The position numbers and the translations under genes are program-made. Below the pieces are notes generated by a model. That model ran no database searches, was not told where the DNA came from, and was given only the letters and a program-made list of their open reading frames with translations. From Candidatus Omnitrophota bacterium (GTDB taxonomy: Bacteria; Omnitrophota; Gorgyraeia; Duberdicusellales; 4484-171), in contig JAFGQU010000004.1 in NCBI GenBank assembly GCA_016935525.1, positions 65,314-129,313 of the forward strand: a stretch of 64,000 bases of DNA. The letters are read 5' to 3'. Shown here in pieces: positions 38,220 through 49,126 of the stretch; the stretch's first letter is position 1, and each line of letters starts with the position of its first letter.

Positions 38220-38933
38220 TCATTCCGGATGCTCTTTATGGGGCCGTGAGGTATCGGTAAGCCGTTCGGGATGATGTTTGACTACTTCGGCTTTTACCAT
38301 ATAAATAATATCTTCGGCGATATTCGTCACGTGATCGGCGATCCGTTCCAGATGACGGGTGATCAAAAGGAGCGGGATAGCGCGGGGAACACATTTTCCG
38401 TTCTTGACCATATATTCATATACCAATTCGTCAAAGATCATATTTCTGAGTTTATCGGCTTCCGGGTCCGAAAGGATCACCGATCTGGCCAGTTGTTCAT
38501 CCTGGTTTACAAACGCGTCGATCACGTCTTTGATCATCCGGCGTACTACCGCGGTAAGTTTAGGGATATCGATCAGCGGTTTGATTAAAGGCTCGTTACC
38601 TAAATCGAGGACCCGTTGCGATATATTTACGGCAAGATCTGCGATCCGTTCGAGTTCGGCGTTGATGCTCATACCGGTAGTGATAAACCGCAGGTCCCGC
38701 GCTTTAGGATTCTGCAGGGCCAAAAAATCGATTGCCATCTCTTCGATCAACAGTTCCTGCTCGTCAATGATATGGTCGTCATCGATAACGCCCCGGGCAA
38801 GTGTAAGATCGCGGTTTTTTAGGGATTCGACCGACTTATAGATCGCTTCTTCGGTCAACGTCGCCATCTTCAGGATCTCGGTGTTAAACTTTTTCAGATC
38901 ATTTTCGAAATGTCTTTTGATATTCATAAGCAC
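38220..38933 (-). CDS. phoU: phosphate signalling complex protein PhoU
   Basis: Two PhoU repeats with ERIADLAVNI / ERIADHVTNIAEDI motifs. Confidence 0.85.
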   Translation of the reverse strand: MLMNIKRHFENDLKKFNTEILKMATLTEEAIYKSVESLKNRDLTLARGVIDDDHIIDEQELLIEEMAIDFLALQNPKARDLRFITTGMSINAELERIADLAVNISQRVLDLGNEPLIKPLIDIPKLTAVVRRMIKDVIDAFVNQDEQLARSVILSDPEADKLRNMIFDELVYEYMVKNGKCVPRAIPLLLITRHLERIADHVTNIAEDIIYMVKAEVVKHHPERLTDTSRPHKEHPE

Positions 38934-39048
38934 TCCTTGATTCTTTCTCTCTCTATCTTTCTGCCTTTAAAATTATCGCCTCTCCTGAGGTATTCTTCAA
39001 TCGTTTTACTCAAAGGATACCGGATGATAAAAACACCGTCGGAACTGA

Positions 39049-39810
39049 TCATCCAAACCGCCCGGTAATATAGTCTTCAGTGACTTTCTTGGCCGGGTTA
39101 GTAAAGATCTTTGGCGTAAGGTCATATTCGACCATCTGGCCTAACATGAGAAACGCGGTATAATCGGAAATCCGCGCGGCCTGTTGCATATTATGAGTAA
39201 CGATGATAATCGTATACCTTTTTTTCAATTCCTGGATAAGTTCTTCGATTTTTGAAGTCGAAGTAGGGTCAAGGGCCGATGCCGGTTCGTCCATAAGCAA
39301 CACTTCCGGTTCGACCGCAAGAGCCCGGGCAATACAGAGCCGTTGCTGCTGGCCGCCGGAAAGGGCAAGAGCGCTGTCGTTCAGACGGTCTTTCACCTCG
39401 CCCCATAATGCCGCGTCTTTAATGCTTTTTTCTACTTTACGGCGGATATATTGCCGGTCTTTTATCCCGTTGACGCGTAACCCGTAGGCGACGTTCTCAA
39501 AAATAGATTTAGGAAACGGATTCGGTTTCTGAAATACCATCCCGATTTTCCGGCGGACATCCACTACATCCTCATCCGGGCCATAAATGTTATGGCCGTC
39601 AAGCAACACCTCCCCTTCAATCCGGGCATGAGGGATAAGATCGTTCATCCGGTTCAACAAGCGGATAAGCGTTGATTTTCCGCATCCGGATGGGCCGATG
39701 ATCGCCGTCACCCGGTTACGGTACACTTGTATATTAATATCACACAACGCCTGTTTGGTGCCGTAATAAAAGTTCATGTTTTTTATTTCCATCCGTACTT
39801 TTTCATCCAT
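39049..39810 (-). CDS. pstB: phosphate ABC transporter ATP-binding protein PstB
   Basis: [25 protein letters not shown], and the PstB-typical C-terminus. Start placed at MDEKVR. The ORF as reported extends to 39894. Confidence 0.9.
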   Translation of the reverse strand: MDEKVRMEIKNMNFYYGTKQALCDINIQVYRNRVTAIIGPSGCGKSTLIRLLNRMNDLIPHARIEGEVLLDGHNIYGPDEDVVDVRRKIGMVFQKPNPFPKSIFENVAYGLRVNGIKDRQYIRRKVEKSIKDAALWGEVKDRLNDSALALSGGQQQRLCIARALAVEPEVLLMDEPASALDPTSTSKIEELIQELKKRYTIIIVTHNMQQAARISDYTAFLMLGQMVEYDLTPKIFTNPAKKVTEDYITGRFG

Positions 39811-40655
39811 TAACTCATACTCCTTTGTTTTTGCCGTATAAAGATCGCCAAAGTAGAAACCGTAAGTACCAGTATCAAAAGAATAAGGGCGCACCCGTAG
39901 GCGATCTTCGTCTGGGCGACCGGATGGGCCCCTTCGGTCATTAACGCGTAAATATGATAAGGTAACGCCATCACTTCCGAAAAGATCGATTTGGGATATC
40001 CACGCATGTAAAACGTTCCGGCGGTAAACAGGATCGGAGCGGTCTCACCGGCTACCCTTCCCACACTTAAGATCACTCCGGTCAAAATCCCCGGTAACGC
40101 CGAAGGAACGACGATCTTCTTTATGGTATACCATTGCGTCGCCCCCAGCGCAAGGGACGCTTCGCGGTACGACTGGGGTACCGCCATAAGCGATTCCTGT
40201 GATGCGGAGATGATACTGGGTAACACCATGATCGCTAACGTAAGACAACCGGAAAGGATCGAAACTCCGAATCCTAAAAATTTCACGAATACCGCCATAC
40301 CGAACAGGCCGAATACTACCGAAGGTACCCCGGCAAGATTATTGATACTGATCCGGATGATATTTACCACTACACTTTTCGGGCTATATTCACACAGATA
40401 TACCGCACAGGCCAAACCCAGAGGAAGCGCGATCATAATCGAACCCAGAGTAAGATAAAAAGTACCGACAATCGCCGGAGCGACCCCGCCCTGGGTCATG
40501 AATTTACGGGGAACGTCGGTCAAAAATTGCCAGGAAATGGCGCCGGCTCCGCGGACCACTATAAAATAGATCAACGTACCTAAAAAGAATACCGTGATCA
40601 ACGCGCATAACGAAAGACAGATAAACCCCAGTTTCTGAGTAATATCTTTATTCAT
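39810..40655 (-). CDS. pstA: phosphate ABC transporter permease PstA
   Basis: 6 TM permease with an EAA-like loop. Position in the pst operon. Confidence 0.85.
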   Translation of the reverse strand: MNKDITQKLGFICLSLCALITVFFLGTLIYFIVVRGAGAISWQFLTDVPRKFMTQGGVAPAIVGTFYLTLGSIMIALPLGLACAVYLCEYSPKSVVVNIIRISINNLAGVPSVVFGLFGMAVFVKFLGFGVSILSGCLTLAIMVLPSIISASQESLMAVPQSYREASLALGATQWYTIKKIVVPSALPGILTGVILSVGRVAGETAPILFTAGTFYMRGYPKSIFSEVMALPYHIYALMTEGAHPVAQTKIAYGCALILLILVLTVSTLAIFIRQKQRSMS

Positions 40656-41551
40656 CGTCCTAACCCTAATTTTACACGGAACCGGCGGCTGATTATTTCC
40701 GCGATGATATTAAAAACCAGGGTGAAAAGAAAAAGGATCAACCCGATTGCAAATAACGCGTGATAATGCGCCCCGCCCATGACCGCCTCACCCATTTCCG
40801 CGGCAATCGTCGCGGTCATCGGACGGACCGGCTGAAAAAACGAATGCGGAATCACCGCCGCACCGCCGCAGACCATTAATACCGTCATTGTCTCGCCGAT
40901 CGCCCGGCTCATCCCTAAGATGATCGCCGTAGAAATACCGCTTCCGGCCGCCGGCATGATCACATTGATAAGGGTCTGCCAACGGTTCGCGCCCAACGCG
41001 TAAGACGCCTCCCGAAAGCTTTTCGGTACAAAACTTAACGCGTCTTCGGCAATACTGCATACCGTAGGAGTCGCCATGATCCCGAGCATCAGGCTACCGG
41101 TAAAAGCGTTTAACCCGACGGATAAATGAAAAGTCCTCTGGATGAAAGGAGCAACGATGACCATACCGAAAAATCCGTACACGATCGAAGGTATCGCCGC
41201 CAGGATCTCGATCAACGGTTTTAAAACCGATTTCTGTGTATACCCGGCCAATTCATGGATATAAAGCGCGCTGCCGACTCCGAGCGGCACACACACCCCC
41301 AGCGCTCCTATCGTCACCCATAACGACCCTAACATGATCGGTAAAATACCGAATTCGGCATCGGCATGAGTCGGATACCAATATCGGCCGAACAGAAAGT
41401 CAAACACACTGACTTTCTGGAATATCGGTAACCCTTCTTTAAAAAGTATCACCGTAATCCCTAACAAAAAAAACAAAGACGCAAACGCCAGTATCGTAAA
41501 GATACCGCGATATATATTTTCTTTAAATTTTGTGACGTTTTTAATTTTCAT
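40652..41551 (-). CDS. pstC: phosphate ABC transporter permease PstC
   Basis: 6 TM permease. Position in the pst operon. Start placed at MKIKNV. The ORF as reported extends to 41638. Confidence 0.85.
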   Translation of the reverse strand: MKIKNVTKFKENIYRGIFTILAFASLFFLLGITVILFKEGLPIFQKVSVFDFLFGRYWYPTHADAEFGILPIMLGSLWVTIGALGVCVPLGVGSALYIHELAGYTQKSVLKPLIEILAAIPSIVYGFFGMVIVAPFIQRTFHLSVGLNAFTGSLMLGIMATPTVCSIAEDALSFVPKSFREASYALGANRWQTLINVIMPAAGSGISTAIILGMSRAIGETMTVLMVCGGAAVIPHSFFQPVRPMTATIAAEMGEAVMGGAHYHALFAIGLILFLFTLVFNIIAEIISRRFRVKLGLGR

Positions 41552-41683
41552 CCTTTTAAAAACCAAGATTTTCTTTCCGGGACACACCCGATGGCCGCAG
41601 CAAAATAAAAAAAGGCACCACGGCAGGATGGAAAACATCCCGCCGTGTACCTTAAGAAAGGAGTCCTACGCCTTGTGACCCGT

Positions 41684-42511
41684 CTATTTTAACGGGACAA
41701 ACCCGTTCTCTTTTGCCAGACTCTGACCTTCCCAGCTTAACACAAAATCCATAAAATTCTTTATCGCGCCGGTAGGCTTTCCATTAGTATACATGAACAG
41801 CGGCCGGGCTAACGCATACGTTCCCGAAAGTACTGTCTCCTCCTTCGGCATGACCCCGTCGACCGGGATCGCTTTTACGGTCGAATCGACATACCCCAAT
41901 CCGACATACCCGATCGCGCCGGGCGTTGTCTGGACCACTTGTTTTACCGCCGCGTTCGACGCTTCCAGTAACGCGTCCGGACGGGTCTTCGCTTTATGCA
42001 GAGCCAGTTCGGTAAAAGCTTCAAACGTTCCCGAGGCTGAATCGCGGCCGATCACCACGATCTTTCCTCCGCTCCCGCCGACATCCGACCAGCTGGAAAT
42101 ACCTCCGGTATAGATCGCTTTGAGATCTTTTTTACTAATCGCGCTGATCCGGTTTGCGTTATTCACAATCACGGCAATACCGTCCATCGCCACGACATGG
42201 GCTTTAGGGTCTTTTCCCCGGCTGATCGCGCTGGATAATTCGGCGTTTTTGATCGGCCGGGACGCATCGCCGATATCGGCAGTACCGTCGATGATCGAAG
42301 CGATCCCTACTCCGGAACCGCCGCCCTGTACGGAAATGTTTACGGAAGGATTTTGGTCCATATAGCTTTCCGCGCAGGCCTGGGCAATCGGGAGGACGGT
42401 CGTCGACCCTTTGATCGTGATAGTATCAGCGTGAGCATTCACCGGACATACCAACGCGAATATCGCCAGTGTCAGAGTGTATATTCCTAATTGTCGTTTC
42501 AGTTTATTCAT
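41684..42511 (-). CDS. pstS: phosphate-binding protein PstS
   Basis: Signal peptide. Periplasmic binding-protein fold with an STVLP / GSGVG-like phosphate-binding loop. Confidence 0.85.
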   Translation of the reverse strand: MNKLKRQLGIYTLTLAIFALVCPVNAHADTITIKGSTTVLPIAQACAESYMDQNPSVNISVQGGGSGVGIASIIDGTADIGDASRPIKNAELSSAISRGKDPKAHVVAMDGIAVIVNNANRISAISKKDLKAIYTGGISSWSDVGGSGGKIVVIGRDSASGTFEAFTELALHKAKTRPDALLEASNAAVKQVVQTTPGAIGYVGLGYVDSTVKAIPVDGVMPKEETVLSGTYALARPLFMYTNGKPTGAIKNFMDFVLSWEGQSLAKENGFVPLK

Positions 42512-42554
42512 CCTTATTCCTCCTTTACATAATTATGTTGTCCCTTATCTTGCG

Positions 42555-43787
42555 TTAGAACTTCATAAGCCAATCAAGCTGTAAGATATGGACTTTTCCC
42601 GTCCCTTTGATCTGTTTCATCTGATAATAATCAACGCCAAGAGAGGTATTCGGCCCTAAGCCGTAGGCTAATATCACTTCATGTCCTTTTACGTTGGTCT
42701 CTCCGCTATAGGCATCGGAATCAGGGAATGTATCCAGCCAGGCATCTTTTTCGAGCCGGCGATATATATATTTCAACTGCCAGTCACCTCGGTTCTTGAT
42801 TTTATCGGCACCGAACGCCATACCGAGGAGATATCCGTTTTCGGCTTCATCAGGATCAAAGTTGTGGATATATTCGCCGAAAAGAGACAAAGCCGGGACG
42901 ATCCCGCCGAACGGTTCTTTTACCTTCAATTTAAAGTTAGGGTTAATCGAATTGAAATTATATTTGTAGCCGGACGCGGTCATGGTCGGCCCGCCTTCGG
43001 CATGATCTAACGTACTGTCTTTGACTCCATTAAATCCCCAGTAAGCGACTCCGCCTTCCATACTCACCGTATCGCTGATCTTGTATTTCATCGCCGGCTG
43101 AAACACATACATCATCGGATCCGATGTATCCGATGACGATTCATCCAGAATAAACGCCCCGGTATTGAACATCCAGGTCACATCGCCGGACTTTTTGGCA
43201 AAAGCTAACGCGATACCTCCCGGATTGATATCGCCATCCCAGAGCAGATCGTCCTGAAGCATCACCACGTTTTTCATCCCGGCGATCTTACCGGCTTTGA
43301 CTGTTGCCCAGTCATTAGGGGTATAGGTCGCATAGGCATAATCCAGACGGATATCCGGGGTCTCAAACGTATTGTCGAAGGTCTGGTTCGTGGAACGGGG
43401 ATCGGTCCCGCCGGTCGCGAGTCCCGCGGCAACCTTGACCTTATCGTTCACCTTCGACTCCATACCCAGACGGAAACGCATGCGATAACGTTGCCGATCG
43501 TCAGAGTTCGGCTTATCTTCGTACTGATACCGTAATCTTAGGTCTCCTTTTAACTTCATGGTCTGGATCCATTGCGGTAACGATTCGGAAGTACCCCGGA
43601 CGAGCTCTTTACGTACCTCTTCTTGGGTCTCGGTAAGGATCGTTTGAGCTTCCCCGTAACTGAGCACGCCTTTTTCCACTAACTTCTCTACCAGGATATC
43701 GATCTCACCGGCGCGGGCATCGCAGGCAAACGCCATTGATCCGAAGAGAATAGCGGCGACTAAAAATGATTTGAGACTGTTTCCCAT
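42555..43787 (-). CDS. outer-membrane porin (candidate phosphate-selective porin of the Pho regulon)
   Basis: Signal peptide (MGNSLKSFLVAAILFGSMAFA), with AGGAG RBS upstream. Beta-barrel-like and aromatic-rich, ending in a terminal F. Immediately upstream of pstS. The ORF as reported extends to 43892. Confidence 0.55.
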   Translation of the reverse strand: MGNSLKSFLVAAILFGSMAFACDARAGEIDILVEKLVEKGVLSYGEAQTILTETQEEVRKELVRGTSESLPQWIQTMKLKGDLRLRYQYEDKPNSDDRQRYRMRFRLGMESKVNDKVKVAAGLATGGTDPRSTNQTFDNTFETPDIRLDYAYATYTPNDWATVKAGKIAGMKNVVMLQDDLLWDGDINPGGIALAFAKKSGDVTWMFNTGAFILDESSSDTSDPMMYVFQPAMKYKISDTVSMEGGVAYWGFNGVKDSTLDHAEGGPTMTASGYKYNFNSINPNFKLKVKEPFGGIVPALSLFGEYIHNFDPDEAENGYLLGMAFGADKIKNRGDWQLKYIYRRLEKDAWLDTFPDSDAYSGETNVKGHEVILAYGLGPNTSLGVDYYQMKQIKGTGKVHILQLDWLMKF

Positions 43788-44098
43788 TGCTCTTACTCCT
43801 CCTTTTTTATGTAGGTGATTATTATTATTCATATACCGAACGGGTAGTGGATATGTGACAAAAAAATTGTTCAGATGCATATTCGTGACCACTCACCTCC
43901 TCTCTCACCAGTTTTTTTATTAATCGCGGGCAATCCTTATAATGTAGATTCATACAAAATTCGTTTTCCCAGAACGAAGAAAGTTCTCTCAATCGTGCCG
44001 ATTTTTTTGTGCAAAAACTTTTTCTTACCCCTTTTTGAAAAAACCGACATTGGTGATGGCTATTGTTCACAGTCTTCATCTTTTTCTGATATGAGTAG

Positions 44099-44341
44099 TC
44101 AGTTCTCAATAAAGTTGCGCAGTCGTCTTAAGTCCACTTCTACCCGGCGGATCGATTCGATAAGGTACCGATATTCCGGATGAGCCCCTCTTTCGATCGC
44201 ATCCAACAGATCTCCGAGCGTAGTGACTTGACAACGTAAATAACTGACGACATAATCCTGATTTACACTTGAAATCGTCGGCATATTCATCTTGTCTTTC
44301 ATCCCTCTCCTGTTATTTCCATTTTCATCCTGTATATTCAT
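44099..44341 (-). CDS. small hypothetical protein between phoR and the porin
   Basis: 80 aa ORF in the Pho cluster. No motif. Confidence 0.3.
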   Translation of the reverse strand: MNIQDENGNNRRGMKDKMNMPTISSVNQDYVVSYLRCQVTTLGDLLDAIERGAHPEYRYLIESIRRVEVDLRRLRNFIEN

Positions 44342-44436
44342 CCTGATTTTATTATCAACAATCGTGTGAAAGCGGGTTTACGACTCTGTGAAATGTCTGT
44401 GAACTTAAAGGGAAAATGGCCAAAAATCGGGGCAGG

Positions 44437-46215
44437 TCAGACGCGGGGGACGGTAAAACTGAAGGTAGATCCTGTTCCTAACTCGCTCTTCACAAATACC
44501 TCGCCGCCATGAGCGACGATGATATGTTTCACGATGGACAAACCGAGTCCGGTTCCGCCTAATTCCCGGGAACGGGCTTTATCGACCCGGTAGAACCGTT
44601 CGAAAATACGCGGGACATCGGAAGAGGGAATACCGATACCGGTATCGGTCACCTCTATCCGTACCAATTTCTCTTGGGAGCGTGCGCGGATATATATCCG
44701 GCCACCTTTACGGTTATACTTTATGGCGTTATCGATAAGATTTAAAAGCACCTGAGCCAGACGGTTTTCATCGCCGAGAACCGCCGGGATATCAGCCGGG
44801 ATATCTTTCTCGATCGTGATCGTATTTTTCTCGGCGTATTTCTTTAACCCGGAAACGACCCGGTCAAGGACCGGAGGGATATTACAGGGTTTTAAATCCA
44901 GTTTCAGTTTTCCCGATTCGATCTTGGAAAGATCGAGGATATCATCGATAAGCCAGGCGAGCCGGTCGGCATCGGAATAAATGATCCGGACAAAATCTTC
45001 GGCATTCTCTTTATCCTGGAGAGCCCCTTCCAGAAGGGTCTCGGCATATCCTTTAATGCTGGCGATGGGAGTGCGCAGTTCATGGGAAACGTTCGCGACA
45101 AAATCCCGGCGGACCCGTTCCAGCCGTTTCAGTTCGGTCACATCATGGAATACCAAGACCGCTCCTTCGATCTGTCGTTGCCGGATGACCGGCGTGGCAT
45201 AGACCAGAAGCACTTTTTCCTGGGGGATGAATATGGAAAGTTCCCGGGTAGTCACTGCCCGTTTATGCTGTAACACGTCGTCGGTTATCTCCTGGATCTC
45301 GATGTTACGGATGACTTCCAACGGTTTTTTTCCGGCCGGATCCGAATTGATCGACCATAGATTCTGTAACGTATGGTTCATCAGCAATATCGAACCGTCA
45401 CCGTCGACTACCATGACCCCTTCGAACATGCTTAACAGGACCGCTTTCAGGCGGGCCGTACTTGACATCACCTCTTCGATCCGGGATTTTATCTGTTCAG
45501 ACATATAATTGATAGTCTTAGCCAATTCCCCGATCTCATCGTTCGTCGAGACCCAGATCCTCCGGGAAAAATCTCCGCCGGCGATACCGCGGGCGGTCGA
45601 AGCGATCTCTTTTATCGGCCGGGAAATGAAGACTAACGCGACGAAACTTACCGGTATCGCCAGAAAGAAAGTAGCGATAAGAGCGAGGAAAAGGATCTTC
45701 TTCAAGCGGGCGGAAATCAATTTTATTTCCGAAAGCGGCAGAGAAAGCCGGACTACTCCTTCCGGACGGGTACTGCCGAATACGGAGGCGATATACAGCA
45801 TCTCCTGGTCGACCGTAGCGCTGAACCGGCGGCTTTCTCCGGTTCCCGAAACAAAAGCATCCTGTACTTCCGGACGATAGAGATGGTTCTCTACATTGTA
45901 GAGAGTTTCTCCGTCAAGCTCGGAATCACCCAACACCTTACCGTCAAGGCCGATGATCGTGACTCTTACTCCCAGGTCCCGGCTGATCTTATCGGCAACA
46001 GGATCTAACTCCTGATACCCGAGGTTTTCTGAAAAATATTCTTCAAGCAACGATTGTGATAACAGAGTCTGCTTGAGAAGGTTCTCTTTTATCCGGGAAT
46101 AGGCATATTGCCGCAGATTATAATTAAGATAAAAAAATATTCCCAATAGACTCACGGCAAAAATAACCGCGAACACAAAAGTGATCTTCACATGGAGGTC
46201 TACCCGTAATCTCAT
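44437..46215 (-). CDS. phoR: phosphate regulon sensor histidine kinase (PhoR-like)
   Basis: 2 TM plus HAMP, PAS, H-box SHELRTPI, HATPase (DTGIGIP, GGTGLGLSIVK). Adjacent to phoB and pst. Confidence 0.8.
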   Translation of the reverse strand: MRLRVDLHVKITFVFAVIFAVSLLGIFFYLNYNLRQYAYSRIKENLLKQTLLSQSLLEEYFSENLGYQELDPVADKISRDLGVRVTIIGLDGKVLGDSELDGETLYNVENHLYRPEVQDAFVSGTGESRRFSATVDQEMLYIASVFGSTRPEGVVRLSLPLSEIKLISARLKKILFLALIATFFLAIPVSFVALVFISRPIKEIASTARGIAGGDFSRRIWVSTNDEIGELAKTINYMSEQIKSRIEEVMSSTARLKAVLLSMFEGVMVVDGDGSILLMNHTLQNLWSINSDPAGKKPLEVIRNIEIQEITDDVLQHKRAVTTRELSIFIPQEKVLLVYATPVIRQRQIEGAVLVFHDVTELKRLERVRRDFVANVSHELRTPIASIKGYAETLLEGALQDKENAEDFVRIIYSDADRLAWLIDDILDLSKIESGKLKLDLKPCNIPPVLDRVVSGLKKYAEKNTITIEKDIPADIPAVLGDENRLAQVLLNLIDNAIKYNRKGGRIYIRARSQEKLVRIEVTDTGIGIPSSDVPRIFERFYRVDKARSRELGGTGLGLSIVKHIIVAHGGEVFVKSELGTGSTFSFTVPRV

Positions 46216-46219
46216 AAGC

Positions 46220-46906
46220 TCATTCGCTGAAACGGTACCCGATACCGCGTACGGTTTCTATCATCTTTCCGGGTTTCCCCAATTTTTGCCGGAGCCGTTT
46301 TATATGCGTATCTACCGTACGGGTAGTGATATCGGAAGCGATATCCCAGACATCTTCCAACAACCGGTCACGCGACTGGACCCGGCCGCGGCGTTCAAGC
46401 AGGACCTTAAGAAGTTTAAATTCCATAGCGGTAACCGTCACTTCCTTCTGGTTCACCAAGACTTTGTGACGGGAAATATCCAGAGTCAGCTTATCGGCGA
46501 CAAGTACGTCTTTCGTTTCTTTTATGCTTTGGGTCCGCCGGCGTAACACCGCTTTTATCCGTAACGTGAGCTCGCGCATACTGAACGGTTTGACCACATA
46601 ATCTTCGGCACCCAGTTCTAACCCGATAACCCGGTCGATCTCTTCTCCCCGGGCGGTAAGCATTAAAACCGGGATAGATGAAGTAACCGGATCCTGTTTG
46701 ATCTTTTTACATACCTCGAATCCGTCTAATTCCGGCAACATGATATCCAGGAGAATAAGGTCAAACGTCTGATGTCCCAATATGTCCAGAGCCTCTTCCC
46801 CGCTGGGAGATACCGTACAGGCAAATCCGGCTTTTTCCAGATTATATTTGACCAGTTTGGAAATATGCGTATCGTCTTCGACAATAAGGATTGATGCTTT
46901 GGCCAT
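46220..46906 (-). CDS. phoB: OmpR/PhoB-family response regulator
   Basis: REC domain (ILIVEDD, D in LDIMLP). Winged-helix C-terminus ending GIGYRF. Confidence 0.85.
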   Translation of the reverse strand: MAKASILIVEDDTHISKLVKYNLEKAGFACTVSPSGEEALDILGHQTFDLILLDIMLPELDGFEVCKKIKQDPVTSSIPVLMLTARGEEIDRVIGLELGAEDYVVKPFSMRELTLRIKAVLRRRTQSIKETKDVLVADKLTLDISRHKVLVNQKEVTVTAMEFKLLKVLLERRGRVQSRDRLLEDVWDIASDITTRTVDTHIKRLRQKLGKPGKMIETVRGIGYRFSE

Positions 46907-47072
46907 AATGGGATTGCCTTGATTATGCTTTGGGCTATTATAACAAAAAGATGGCTCAGGGTAAATCAGGACGTTAAAATATCATACACGAACCTTTAGA
47001 CAAATAAAATAAGATATGGTAATATAATTATCCTTACATAAAGGCAAAATAATTCAAACTACACTATAGGAT

Positions 47073-48755
47073 ATGGTCAAAGACGTCATTTTCGGTATTA
47101 TCGGGGGATTGGGATTATTCCTGTTCGGAATGAAATACCTTTCCGACGGCCTGCAAAAGGTCGCCGGCACGAAATTACGCCGAACGTTACGGTCACTCAC
47201 CCAGAACCGGTTCCGGGGAATCCTTTTAGGCGCGTTCGTTACCAGTATTATCCAATCGAGCAGCGTGACGACGGTCATGCTGGTCGGCCTGATCAATGCC
47301 GGTATTATCAGTTTGATGCAAGGGGCCAGTGTCGTCATCGGAGCCAATATCGGCACCACGATCACCGCTCAGATCATCGCGTTTAAAATAGCGAAATACG
47401 CGCTTCCCGCGTTAGGTATCGGGGTCGCGTTGATGCTCTTGGCGCGGAAAAAGAAGATGCAGTTCTGGGGACAGGTGATCTTCGCGTTCGGTATGATATT
47501 CCTGGGACTGGCGACGATGTCCAACGTGATGAAACCGCTTAAAGATGTCCCGGCGGTCACCGAGTTTTTCGTCCAGCTCAGTACTAATCCCGTGTTAAGT
47601 ATTCTGCTGGCCACTCTCTTTACGGTCGCCGTTCAATCCAGCAGCGCTGCGATCGGTATGGTAATCGCGCTGGCTTCGGTCGGATTGATCGATTTCCCGG
47701 CAGCACTCTATCTTATTCTCGGCGACAATATCGGGACCACGATCACGGCCTGGCTTGCGGCATTAGGCGGAAGCATCTCGGCTCGCAGGATGGCCTGTTT
47801 TCACAGTCTGTTCAATGTGGTCGGAGTGACTTATTTTGCCTTTTTGGTCCACTCCGGGATATATCCCCACTTTATCGATATCATAACTCCGGGAGCGATC
47901 ACTACCGAAACTATTGCCCGTCATATCGCCAATGCTCATACCTTTTTTAATGTCTTTAATGCCGCGCTATTCCTTCTGATCATGGGTCCGGTAGTACACC
48001 TTACCCAGAGAATCATCCCCGGGAAAGATATCTATGTATCGGCGGAATTCAAATATCTTCAGGATAAACTGCTTTCCACCCCCGAAATCGCCGTCGAAAG
48101 CGCGAAAAAAGAATTGGTAGCTATGGCCGAGATGGTACACCAGACGATCAAGACCGCGGTCGAAGGGTTTTTCGCAAAAGATAAGAAATCTATCCCGCAC
48201 GTACAGACCCAGGAAAACGCGATCGACCATCTTCAGCACGATATTACGTTTTATCTGGCAAAACTCGCGACTCAACAGCTTACGCCTCACCTGGCCTCCC
48301 AGCTTCCGCCGCTTCTGCATTCGATCAACGATTTAGAACGTATCTCCGACCATGCCGTGAATGTCGCCGAACTTACCGAAAAAGTATATTCCGATAGCCT
48401 CAGTTTTTCCAATAAAGCTCTGGCGGAGATGCGCACGCTGTATGCCAAAGTGGAAGATATGTTCGACGATACTATCGACGCGGTAAAAAGCAACGACACC
48501 CGGGCAATCGACCGGATCCTCCAGCAGGAAGGCGAGATCAACACGTTACATATCGAATACCGAGCCCGCCATTCCCAACGGTTATGCGAGAACAAATGCG
48601 ACCCGTTAAGCGCGCTGATATTCGTCGATTTCATCAATAATCTGGAAAAAATGGCCGATCACCTGACCAATATCGCCCAGGCCGCCCGGGGAGATTTCCT
48701 CTTCCAGAACGATATCGATAAACCTAAACCCGACGTCCTCCTGCACCCCTCGTAG
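47073..48755 (+). CDS. Na+/Pi cotransporter (NptA family) with C-terminal PhoU-like domains
   Basis: Two Na_Pi_cotrans repeats (GANIGTTITA, GDNIGTTITA) followed by PhoU-like helical repeats. Confidence 0.8.
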   Translation: MVKDVIFGIIGGLGLFLFGMKYLSDGLQKVAGTKLRRTLRSLTQNRFRGILLGAFVTSIIQSSSVTTVMLVGLINAGIISLMQGASVVIGANIGTTITAQIIAFKIAKYALPALGIGVALMLLARKKKMQFWGQVIFAFGMIFLGLATMSNVMKPLKDVPAVTEFFVQLSTNPVLSILLATLFTVAVQSSSAAIGMVIALASVGLIDFPAALYLILGDNIGTTITAWLAALGGSISARRMACFHSLFNVVGVTYFAFLVHSGIYPHFIDIITPGAITTETIARHIANAHTFFNVFNAALFLLIMGPVVHLTQRIIPGKDIYVSAEFKYLQDKLLSTPEIAVESAKKELVAMAEMVHQTIKTAVEGFFAKDKKSIPHVQTQENAIDHLQHDITFYLAKLATQQLTPHLASQLPPLLHSINDLERISDHAVNVAELTEKVYSDSLSFSNKALAEMRTLYAKVEDMFDDTIDAVKSNDTRAIDRILQQEGEINTLHIEYRARHSQRLCENKCDPLSALIFVDFINNLEKMADHLTNIAQAARGDFLFQNDIDKPKPDVLLHPS

Positions 48756-48875
48756 GATAGCGTATAGCGGTGAGCGTTTAGCGGATAGACAAAGATCTAT
48801 TCTCTTCCCTCCCTCTTAGAAAAAACGGATGAACCCAAACTATAGACGGGAGACGAAAAAAGGATTTAAAAGAGG

Positions 48876-49079
48876 TTATTCTATTTCTTTGAATTCGGCA
48901 TCGATGATATCCTGGCCTTGACGGGCATTCTCTCGAGCCGAACCTCGATGAGAATAATATTTCTTGGAGCGGGTCTGCGGAAAATAAAAAGAACGGACCA
49001 GCCACACTATCCCCCGGATAGCCATATTCACGATAAGAAAGAAAAGCCAGAAAGAAAGAAGCAGACTGATAAACTTCAT
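48876..49079 (-). CDS. putative small membrane protein
   Basis: 67 aa ORF with one clear TM helix. Weak evidence only. Confidence 0.25.
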   Translation of the reverse strand: MKFISLLLSFWLFFLIVNMAIRGIVWLVRSFYFPQTRSKKYYSHRGSARENARQGQDIIDAEFKEIE

Positions 49080-49126
49080 GGTTTTGATTATACCGGAACA
49101 TGCGAGGAGGGTCTCTTCTAAAAAAG

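Noticed and set aside
43788-44098. Candidate Pho box (TGCACA...GGCACG half-sites) upstream of the porin
   Set aside because: The spacing and repeat sequence do not fit the 7-4-7 direct-repeat Pho box well. A motif search with the organism-specific consensus is needed. Not called.
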